Assembly (NCBI GenBank): GCA_937125225.1
Contig: CAKZLE010000024.1
Location: 113,532-177,531 of the forward strand
Direction of reading: 5' to 3'
DNA length: 64,000 bases
DNA from: an uncultured Spirochaetia bacterium
GTDB taxonomy: Bacteria; Spirochaetota; Spirochaetia; CAKZLE01
Shown here: one piece after another, positions 15,788 to 23,223 of the stretch
Numbering within the stretch: the stretch's first letter is position 1
Layout of the letters: every line of letters starts with the position of its first letter
Notes under the pieces: generated by a model
The model's database searches: none
The model's input: the letters and a program-made list of their open reading frames with translations, nothing else
Told to the model about the DNA's origin: nothing
Program-made: the position numbers and the translations under genes

Positions 15788-18010
15788 ATGGCCGATATGA
15801 TGGACAACTTCATAACTACCTATGAGACTCTTGATACAGAAGTGCGGAAGGAGATACTATCTGCCAATCTAGATCGTATTCTCAGTCTCTATGGTGTGGA
15901 TGAGGGCTTCTATGTTCTCGCTCTCTTCTCTTGGATAGAGTGCTATATCTTTCATACGAACCCTCAATTGTCCTACGAATGTGAGAGTTTTCTTGAGAGA
16001 TTGAAGAAACTGTTCGAGATAATGGATACTGATCATTGCGAATATGACAGTCTACTCTATCAGTTGCGTGGCGGTTACCGTTTCTCCAATAAAGTGAGAC
16101 ATCAGTTTGAACTCCTGACCAAGAATGAAGCGATCTCGATGACTCATGAGTTTCTCCACTTTTGTCAGGTCATCGGATGGTATGACTCAAAACTTGATGA
16201 ATTCAAGAAGCTCAGGGCCCTCTGGGATGAAAAACTCAATCCTGCTGAAGAGCATATTGAACTCTATAGCCTGAAGAAACGTATCGCGGAGACCGCTAAA
16301 GAGAATCTAGCGCTTAGGAAGTCTCTGAGCGAGAACACGATCAGCCATGATGAGCATGAGCGTCTGCGTTCAGAATTACTGCTGAAGTCTAAGAGACTCT
16401 CTGAGGTGGAGAAGGCCGTACAAAAGAAGGATATAAAGCAGGATAAGCTCAGAAAAGAACTCTATGACCTCAAAGAAGAGAAGCGAACCTTTGAGAAAGA
16501 GATAGAGATCTTACGCTTCAGAGAAGATTATCTGACCTATATGGAACGGTTTACCGTGTATACCCGGTCGAGGAATGACTATGAACGGTCTTTGATGCGA
16601 ATGACACCGGAACAATTGCAGGCAAGCAACAAGATCCGGGAATACGGTGATTATCTCATTCGGGGAGGTGCAGGGACCGGTAAGACCCTAGTGTTGCTGC
16701 ATGCTCTACTTTCACACGAGGCTGCTGCAAAAGAGATGTTAGACTTCAGTGGCCAGAGCGATCGTTATCTGTTGACCTTCACGAATGCGCTCGTTCATTT
16801 CAATTCCTACCTGTCGAGTATCCTCTCTGAGGGAGAACCTGGCTTTCAGGTACAGAACATCGATCATTTCTTCTCTGACCGGCTGAGAATGGTAGATCCC
16901 GACTACACGATAGATTATAGCATCCTCAAAGAGTTCCTCGCCGAGAGAGAACTACCGTTCTTGAACAGTAAGGAGCTTCATGTAGAGATCGAGACTGCCC
17001 TATTCGGTAGGGATACGACACATGATACCTATCTCACGGTTCCGGGCGTAAGAGCTGGGATGAAGAGACCTTTAGGGAGGGACCAGAAAGAACAAGTCTG
17101 GAACATCCTACAGGATTTCAAAGCGCTTATGGATGAGAAGAAGAGCTTCTCAAAGAGTTATAGTAGACTCGTCCTTCTTCACCTCCTGAAGAGAGATCTG
17201 GAGCTTGCTGAGAAGCTATCTGTGAAGCGGATATATGTCGATGAGGTGCAGGATCTGAATCCTGTGGAGATAGAGCTTCTATCACGCTTGTCTGAAGAGG
17301 GCTTGGTGATGGCAGGGGATGAGAAACAGGCAATATACCAGTCAGGATTCTCCTTTCAGAGAATCGGAGTTGATATCGTAGGCCATTCATCGAGGTTACT
17401 GATGAACTACCGAAATACCAGACAGATCTTCCATCTCGCACAGCAGTATAAGTTGAAGGTGCTCACACCTCGATCATCAAAGGAGAAGGAAGAAACAGAA
17501 CAGTTTGATACCTTCCGTGATGGCCCCTCCCCAGAATTATGGCAGGAGGTGAATACCTCAAAGCTATTGGAACTCCTCATAAGGCGGATCTCCTTCTTCC
17601 TCGATACCCTTCATTATACCCCTGAGAACATCGCCGTGCTAGCTCCAACGAATGCTACGCTGAATCATACTAAGAAGGCTCTTGAAGAGAGAGGATTAGA
17701 GATGATCGACATTAGGAAAGGATCGTTTGACTTCAAAGAATCTGAGGGTATCAGGATCTCTACTCTCCATTCTGCCAAGGGGGTAGAGTTCCCTGTTGTC
17801 ATGCTGTTCCTTCCTGAAGTGCCTGTATCATCGAGAATAGATCTCCAGAGTGCAGAGAATTCAACGAGAAGACTGCTCTATGTAGCTATGACACGATGTA
17901 TCGATAACCTGCAAGTATTCAGCCTAGAGAACCCTGAACAGGAGGTATTGCAAGAGTTCCTCGAAGTATTCCATACCTATGAGGATGGAATGCAGCGATT
18001 GGAGTACTAG
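15788..18010 (+). CDS. SF1 (UvrD/Rep-like) helicase with an unknown N-terminal domain and a coiled-coil linker
   Basis: All SF1 motifs are present: GGAGTGKT (I), LTFTNALV (Ia), YVDEVQDL (II), MAGDEKQAIYQ (III), NYRNTRQI (IV), STLHSAKGVEFPVVML (V), RRLLYVAMTRC (VI). The first roughly 140 aa and a coiled coil of about 120 aa match nothing I recognise. Confidence 0.85.
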   Translation: MADMMDNFITTYETLDTEVRKEILSANLDRILSLYGVDEGFYVLALFSWIECYIFHTNPQLSYECESFLERLKKLFEIMDTDHCEYDSLLYQLRGGYRFSNKVRHQFELLTKNEAISMTHEFLHFCQVIGWYDSKLDEFKKLRALWDEKLNPAEEHIELYSLKKRIAETAKENLALRKSLSENTISHDEHERLRSELLLKSKRLSEVEKAVQKKDIKQDKLRKELYDLKEEKRTFEKEIEILRFREDYLTYMERFTVYTRSRNDYERSLMRMTPEQLQASNKIREYGDYLIRGGAGTGKTLVLLHALLSHEAAAKEMLDFSGQSDRYLLTFTNALVHFNSYLSSILSEGEPGFQVQNIDHFFSDRLRMVDPDYTIDYSILKEFLAERELPFLNSKELHVEIETALFGRDTTHDTYLTVPGVRAGMKRPLGRDQKEQVWNILQDFKALMDEKKSFSKSYSRLVLLHLLKRDLELAEKLSVKRIYVDEVQDLNPVEIELLSRLSEEGLVMAGDEKQAIYQSGFSFQRIGVDIVGHSSRLLMNYRNTRQIFHLAQQYKLKVLTPRSSKEKEETEQFDTFRDGPSPELWQEVNTSKLLELLIRRISFFLDTLHYTPENIAVLAPTNATLNHTKKALEERGLEMIDIRKGSFDFKESEGIRISTLHSAKGVEFPVVMLFLPEVPVSSRIDLQSAENSTRRLLYVAMTRCIDNLQVFSLENPEQEVLQEFLEVFHTYEDGMQRLEY

Positions 18011-18030
18011 CAAATTCACTAGTGGGTAGG

Positions 18031-18056
18031 TGGTATAATTACGGTGAACGTTCACC
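18031..18056 (+). promoter_or_regulatory. Extended -10 promoter (TGgTATAAT) plus an adjacent perfect palindrome, upstream of SGNH copy 1
   Basis: TGGTATAAT at 18031-18039. The palindrome GGTGAACGTTCACC at 18043-18056 lies just downstream. Confidence 0.3.
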
Positions 18057-18101
18057 TCGTGTAATATGATTAGATCAAAACCACCATGAAGATGAGGTTA
18101 G

Positions 18102-18734
18102 ATGATGAAGAATATACTATGTTTCGGAGACTCCAATACCTGGGGTGCAGATCCTGTAGAAAAAGGGAGATTCGATAGAGATACCAGATGGACTGGAAGA
18201 TTGCAGAGACTGCTTGGAGATGAGTACTATATCATCGAAGAAGGACTCAACGGGAGGACGACGGTCTTCGATGATCCTTTAGAAGAGGGGAGATGTGGTA
18301 AGGATTATCTGTATCCCTGTCTTCAGACCCATAAACCAATAGATCTCGTAATACTCATGCTCGGAACCAATGATCTGAAGAAGCGCTTCAGTGTATCGGC
18401 AGAGGAGATCGTGAAGGGTGTAGAGTTCCTGATCAAGAAGATACTCGTGAGTGAGGCAGGTAGAGATGAAGAGGCTCCAGAGATACTGCTTCTTGCTCCA
18501 GCTGTGATCAAGGAGATAGCAGAGTTCGAGACGATCTTTTCTGGTGGTAGGGAGAAGTCAAAAGAGTTCTCCTTAAGGTATAAGGAACTGGCAGAACAGT
18601 ATGGATGCCACTTCCTTGATACGAATACCATCATGAGCGTCTCTGATGCTGATGGGATCCATTATGAGATAGAGGGACATAGATCTTTAGCACAGCGGTT
18701 GGTAGAGAAGATAGAGCATATTAGATTGCTATAG
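18102..18734 (+). CDS. SGNH/GDSL hydrolase (copy 1)
   Basis: Block I FGDSNTWG, block III LGTNDL, block V DGIHY. 210 aa. Confidence 0.85.
   Translation: MMKNILCFGDSNTWGADPVEKGRFDRDTRWTGRLQRLLGDEYYIIEEGLNGRTTVFDDPLEEGRCGKDYLYPCLQTHKPIDLVILMLGTNDLKKRFSVSAEEIVKGVEFLIKKILVSEAGRDEEAPEILLLAPAVIKEIAEFETIFSGGREKSKEFSLRYKELAEQYGCHFLDTNTIMSVSDADGIHYEIEGHRSLAQRLVEKIEHIRLL
18118..18669 (+). repeat. 552-bp direct repeat, copy 1 (SGNH gene core)
   Basis: Manual alignment to 21913-22464 at a constant offset of 3795 bp shows no indels and 7 substitutions. Five of the seven fall in the last ~70 bp. Confidence 0.9.
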
Positions 18735-18809
18735 CTAATTAGCTTGTTGTCTCTTTACTTTTGGATAAAATATACTATACTTATAATATAAATATAGTAG
18801 GTATTAGAC

Positions 18810-19427
18810 ATGGAAGGAAAACGAAAAACTGGAGAAGCAGAGAGAGCAAGAAAGATAATCTCAGAAAATAACGGGATAATTAGGTCAACACAGATCCGAG
18901 ATATGGGTATACACCCGAGAGCCCTCTATAGTCTGAGGGATTCTGGAGAACTCCTCCAACTTGCAAGAGGTGTTTTCTGCCTGACAGACTATGAGACATC
19001 AGGGAATCTTGATCTTGAAATTGTCTCACTTAAAATCCCTAAAGCAGTAGTCTGCCTAGACTCTGCACTTTCCTTTCATGAACTAACTACCCATATTCCT
19101 CATAATATATCAATAGCGATCCCAAAGGGGGTGAAATCCCCAAAAATGGATTTTCCACCACTTAAGGTATATCATTTCTCAAAGAATCCATATGAGAGTG
19201 GGATTGAGTATCATACAAGTGATAACATCGAGATTGCAGTATATGACCGAGAGAAGACCATAGTAGACTGCTTCAAGTTTAGGAACTCCATGGGAATGGA
19301 TATAGTTATAGAAGCACTGAAAAACTATAGAGAGCAGCATAAACCAGATTTCAATAAGATCATTGCTTATGCACGAGTCTGCAGGCTAGAGAAAATCATG
19401 ACCCCGTATCTGGAGATGATTCAATGA
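18810..19427 (+). CDS. abiEi: AbiEi-family antitoxin / transcriptional regulator (type IV TA)
   Basis: The N-terminal GIIRSTQIRDMGIHPRALYSLRDSGELLQLARGVFCL is typical of the AbiEi_4 domain. Its stop overlaps the ATG of the next gene (ATGA). Confidence 0.8.
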   Translation: MEGKRKTGEAERARKIISENNGIIRSTQIRDMGIHPRALYSLRDSGELLQLARGVFCLTDYETSGNLDLEIVSLKIPKAVVCLDSALSFHELTTHIPHNISIAIPKGVKSPKMDFPPLKVYHFSKNPYESGIEYHTSDNIEIAVYDREKTIVDCFKFRNSMGMDIVIEALKNYREQHKPDFNKIIAYARVCRLEKIMTPYLEMIQ

Positions 19428-20332
19428 ATGAGAAAAGAGACTTAGCTGCATCAGTCAGACAACGACTTCTGAATGAGGCAAAAACAAACAAGCGACCCTA
19501 TGATGAGATCGTACGGTATTATGCTATGGAGCGATTTCTCTATCGATTAGCAGAATCGGAATGTAATAAGTAGTACATCTTGAAAGGCGGATTACTCCTG
19601 AAAATATGGGATTCAACAAAGACCCGATCTACGATGGATATTGATTTGAAGGGGGTTACGAGTAATAAGGAGTCGCTTGTTTTGAAACAGATAGATAAGA
19701 TCCTTTCTCATCCTGTGAACCCCGATGGTATAGTCTTTGATGCAAGTAGTCTTAAAGCAGATAGTATTACCGATGATTCAGAATACTCAGGTTTGAGAAT
19801 AAGGTTTCTAGGATTTATAGGGGCTATGCGTATTCCCATGCAGTTGGATATTGGATTTGGTGATGTGGTAACCCCTAATCCCATAATCCTTGATTATCCG
19901 GTTTTGTTAGATTTCCCAGCACCTAAGCTCTTATGCTACAACATGGAAAGTGTCATAGCCGAGAAAGTAGAGGCAATGATCAGTTTAGGCAGGATCAATA
20001 GTAGGATGAAAGATTTCTATGATATATGGTTTCTCGCTTCTCATAATCATTTCTCTTTACGTTCTTTAACAGAATCTATTGTGGCAACATTGAATAACAG
20101 GGGAACAGAACTGCCAGATATGATTGAAGCATTCACAGAAGAATTCATAGATGCAAAGAGATCACAATGGCAAGCATTTATAAGGAGATCTAAGCTATAT
20201 GATGCACCTGAGGATTTTTCTGTAATCATGAGTCTCCTCATTGAGTTTTTAACTCCTGTATTATATGACCTTAATGAGGTCATACATGAGAACAATATAA
20301 GGGAGTGGAATCTCGTTGATGGCTGGAAGTAG
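19424..20332 (+). pseudogene. abiEii: AbiEii/AbiGii nucleotidyltransferase toxin interrupted by an in-frame TAG
   Basis: The frame starting at ATG 19424 reads MNEKRDLAASVRQRLLNEAKTNKRPYDEIVRYYAMERFLYRLAESECNK, then TAG (19571-19573). It continues in the same frame as YILKGGLLLKIWDS...DIDL to 20332. Both halves match the conserved AbiEii N-terminus. Confidence 0.75.
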
Positions 20333-20605
20333 TCTTTTAGCATTTGTAGGTATATTTAGTCCTCTTGCTTGAAAGGGCAATATATCAATAAAGATTATTC
20401 ATTAATCTAAGAGACCTGCCCCTGGGTTATGATTCTGTTATAGTACTGGATGAACATGTGTCATATGATACATGAGTGATAGTGAATGACGATTTCGCTA
20501 CAAGTATGATGTTCTTATCTTAAAACACCTATCATACGACAGTCGTTAAAAAAAGATAGTGTTTTTCCTGTATCATCTTTGTAATTATAATGTTAAACTT
20601 TAGAT

Positions 20606-21760
20606 ATGCAAACTTATATTCCAAGAATGAAAGAATCTTTAATTCATAGACATCTGTCAGCCTTTCCTGCGGTAGCGTTACTCGGAGCTAGGCAGGTCGG
20701 GAAATCAACCTTGGTTAAGAAGGTCATCGAGACTGTCCCTGATGCAGTCTACCTTGATCTGGAAGATCCCCGGGACTATGCAAAACTTCAGGAACCACAG
20801 ATATTCCTTGAGGCGAACAAACAGCATATGATCTGTTTTGACGAGGTTCAACGGTATCCTGAGATCTTCCAACTTCTTCGTTCTCATATTGATACACAGA
20901 AACGTCCCGGTCAGTTCTTGTTGCTGGGTTCTGCTTCTCGGGATCTGATCAGGCAGAGTTCAGAGACTCTTGCAGGAAGAATCTCTTTTATTGAGATCAG
21001 TCCATTCATCGTCTCAGAGATTGAAGACATTGATCGGTTGTGGTTGCAGGGAGGTTACCCGGTCAGTTATAGTCTGGATACAGAATTGAGTTTTGACTGG
21101 AGGATCAATTACATCAGAACTTTTCTTGAGCGCGATATCCCGCAGTTGGGAATCACGGTCCCGGCAGAAACCCTGCGCCGGTTTTGGACCATGCTTGCGC
21201 ATCTCAATGGGAATATTGTGAACTACAGCAGTATCGCCGCTTCCATGGGGCTTTCTAGCCCCACGATCAAGAGATATTTTGATATCCTTGAGGGGACATT
21301 CATCATCAGGCGATTGCAACCGTACTTCACTAATACAAAGAAGCGGTTAGTTAAATCTCCCAAGTTATATATCCGTGATACCGGTCTCACGCACTGTCTG
21401 CTCGGTATAGAGACGGTCAATGACCTGTTGGGACATCCGGGATTAGGAAGCAGTTATGAAGCCTGTATACTATCGAGTATCATAGAACGGTACCCACGAT
21501 ATACGCCGAGTTACTACCGGTCCTCCAGTGGGGTGGAAGTCGACCTGATCATGGAGAGAGGGAATCGGCGATTCGTCTTTGAGATCAAGGTCAGCCCCGC
21601 CCCGAAGATTCCGCGAGGTTTTTATGAAGCACTGAAAGCCATAGAGCCCGAAAGGGCATTCGTGATTGCTCCAGTAGATTCACCGTATCCTGTAAAGGAT
21701 AATATAATGGTATACCCGATTAGGGAGTTGCTGAATGAACTCGATTCACTTCTGGAATAA
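20606..21760 (+). CDS. AAA ATPase with C-terminal DUF4143-like domain
   Basis: Walker A LLGARQVGKSTL and Walker B-like ICFDEVQ. 384 aa, typical of the AAA_14/DUF4143 family. Confidence 0.85.
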   Translation: MQTYIPRMKESLIHRHLSAFPAVALLGARQVGKSTLVKKVIETVPDAVYLDLEDPRDYAKLQEPQIFLEANKQHMICFDEVQRYPEIFQLLRSHIDTQKRPGQFLLLGSASRDLIRQSSETLAGRISFIEISPFIVSEIEDIDRLWLQGGYPVSYSLDTELSFDWRINYIRTFLERDIPQLGITVPAETLRRFWTMLAHLNGNIVNYSSIAASMGLSSPTIKRYFDILEGTFIIRRLQPYFTNTKKRLVKSPKLYIRDTGLTHCLLGIETVNDLLGHPGLGSSYEACILSSIIERYPRYTPSYYRSSSGVEVDLIMERGNRRFVFEIKVSPAPKIPRGFYEALKAIEPERAFVIAPVDSPYPVKDNIMVYPIRELLNELDSLLE

Positions 21761-21899
21761 TTGAAATGCAATAGGACAGCCTGTTGACTCCTGTTGGCGG
21801 ATGAGAAGAATTGATAGGGATATTGCTATCTGTCAAGAAAATCTGAAAGTGCTCAAGAGAGATTCTATGCTACTGGGCCAAGATAAAGAGGTGAGAATA

Positions 21900-22526
21900 A
21901 TGAAAACTCTAGTATGTTTCGGAGACTCCAATACCTGGGGTGCAGATCCTGTAGAAAAAGGAAGATTCGATAGAGATACCAGATGGACTGGAAGATTGCA
22001 GAGACTGCTTGGAGATGAGTACTATATCATCGAAGAAGGACTCAACGGGAGGACGACGGTCTTCGATGATCCTTTAGAAGAGGGGAGATGTGGTAAGGAT
22101 TATCTGTATCCCTGTCTTCAGACCCATAAACCAATAGATCTCGTAATACTCATGCTCGGAACCAATGATCTGAAGAAGCGCTTCAGTGTATCGGCAGAGG
22201 AGATCGTGAAGGGTGTAGAGTTCCTGATCAAGAAGATACTCGTGAGTGAGGCAGGTAGAGATGAAGAGGCTCCAGAGATACTGCTTCTTGCTCCAGCTGT
22301 GATCAAGGAGATAGCAGAGTTCGAGACGATCTTTTCTGGTGGTAGGGAGAAGTCAAAAGAGTTCTCCTTGAGGTATAAGGAACTGGCAGAACAGTATGGA
22401 TGTCACTACCTTGATACGAATACCATCATGAGTGTCTCTGATGCAGATGGGATACATTATGAGAAAGAGGCACACAAGGCTTTGGCTGAAGTTCTGTATA
22501 CGGAAATAATTAATACTCTTATGTGA
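21900..22526 (+). CDS. SGNH/GDSL hydrolase (copy 2)
   Basis: Same motifs as copy 1. An AAAGAGGTGAG RBS precedes the ATG at 21900. The 33-codon upstream extension in the track ORF is unsupported. The C-terminal ~20 aa differ from copy 1. Confidence 0.85.
   Translation: MKTLVCFGDSNTWGADPVEKGRFDRDTRWTGRLQRLLGDEYYIIEEGLNGRTTVFDDPLEEGRCGKDYLYPCLQTHKPIDLVILMLGTNDLKKRFSVSAEEIVKGVEFLIKKILVSEAGRDEEAPEILLLAPAVIKEIAEFETIFSGGREKSKEFSLRYKELAEQYGCHYLDTNTIMSVSDADGIHYEKEAHKALAEVLYTEIINTLM
21913..22464 (+). repeat. 552-bp direct repeat, copy 2 (SGNH gene core)
   Basis: See copy 1 at 18118-18669. Confidence 0.9.
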
Positions 22527-22610
22527 TGGAAACGATGAATTCTATCATGAAAATATAAGTCCTACCTTATTCCTCTTTTCCACAATCATGGCAAAAACAC
22601 TACTAACATA

Positions 22611-23155
22611 GATACCCACGGGTAAACCCGTGGTCCTTATTCGCTACGCTCACGGAACTATCGTTCCTTTGTTACAACTCCATTCGGAGTTGACCTGAAT
22701 CCTGTCTCCCTTGATATTCCACATACCTACGAGTAGTCTCTTCATCAACCCCTACGCTGCTGACGAAATATCCAGGTGACCATACGCTATTCTCTTTCCA
22801 GTAGACTTTCTTCAACCAGTCAAATCGTTTCCGTAACCTGGCCGCCGATTTGCTTTTCAGCTCTCCCATCACATTACTGATGCTGTACTTTGGTGGGATT
22901 ATCATCACCATATGCAGATGATCCTTATCAAAGCCAATCGTCTCGATTTCCACACCAGGCATCTCACGCAGCAGCTTCGGTAGTAGCTTGCGTATATATG
23001 CTTCCATCCCAGGATTCAAGATCTTTCGACGATACTTGCAGACCCATACTACATGATATTGCAATCGGTATACACTATGTCCTGATTGATAGACTTTCAT
23101 CTCATCAGTATATCGTCGAAAGACTCATTCATCCACGACTAAAGTCGTGGTTTTC
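22611..23155 (-). mobile_element. IS200-like element (tnpA only); boundaries approximate
   Basis: A Y1 transposase gene is flanked by subterminal hairpins: CCACGGG-TAAA-CCCGTGG (22616-22633), GGAAC-TATC-GTTCC (22654-22667) and CCACGACT-AA-AGTCGTGG (23133-23150). No tnpB is present. Confidence 0.65.
22672..23100 (-). CDS. tnpA: IS200/IS605 family Y1 (HUH) transposase TnpA
   Basis: YRLQYHVVWVCKYRRKIL, the HUH motif HLHMV and a C-terminal Tyr region RYVEYQ. 142 aa. Confidence 0.9.
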   Translation of the reverse strand: MKVYQSGHSVYRLQYHVVWVCKYRRKILNPGMEAYIRKLLPKLLREMPGVEIETIGFDKDHLHMVMIIPPKYSISNVMGELKSKSAARLRKRFDWLKKVYWKENSVWSPGYFVSSVGVDEETTRRYVEYQGRQDSGQLRMEL

Positions 23156-23169
23156 TGTCTACGACCGTA

Positions 23170-23205
23170 TAAAACCTCTATAGGATCTGAAGATCCTATA
23201 GAGGT
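23170..23205 (-). terminator. Rho-independent terminator of the giant surface-protein gene
   Basis: Perfect 14-bp stem ACCTCTATAGGATC / GATCCTATAGAGGT (23174-23205) with a 4-nt loop, followed on the minus strand by TTTT. It lies 19 nt after the stop at 23224. Confidence 0.7.
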
Positions 23206-23223
23206 AATAAAGTCGTTCACGTC

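Noticed and set aside
19571-19573. Pyrrolysine or programmed read-through at the in-frame TAG in abiEii
   Set aside because: No pyl genes or PYLIS-like context are seen, and TAG is used as an ordinary stop by other genes in this window, for example at 4487-4489. A nonsense mutation or sequencing error is the simpler explanation.
21801-21899. An N-terminal extension of SGNH copy 2 (241-aa ORF)
   Set aside because: Copy 1 and the family start at the MK..LCFGDSNTWG motif. A good RBS precedes the ATG at 21900, and the extension has no homolog in copy 1.
18118-22464. A simple tandem duplication of a 3.8-kb segment
   Set aside because: Only the 552-bp SGNH cores are shared. Sequence upstream and downstream of the two copies is unrelated, so this is not a head-to-tail duplication of the whole unit.
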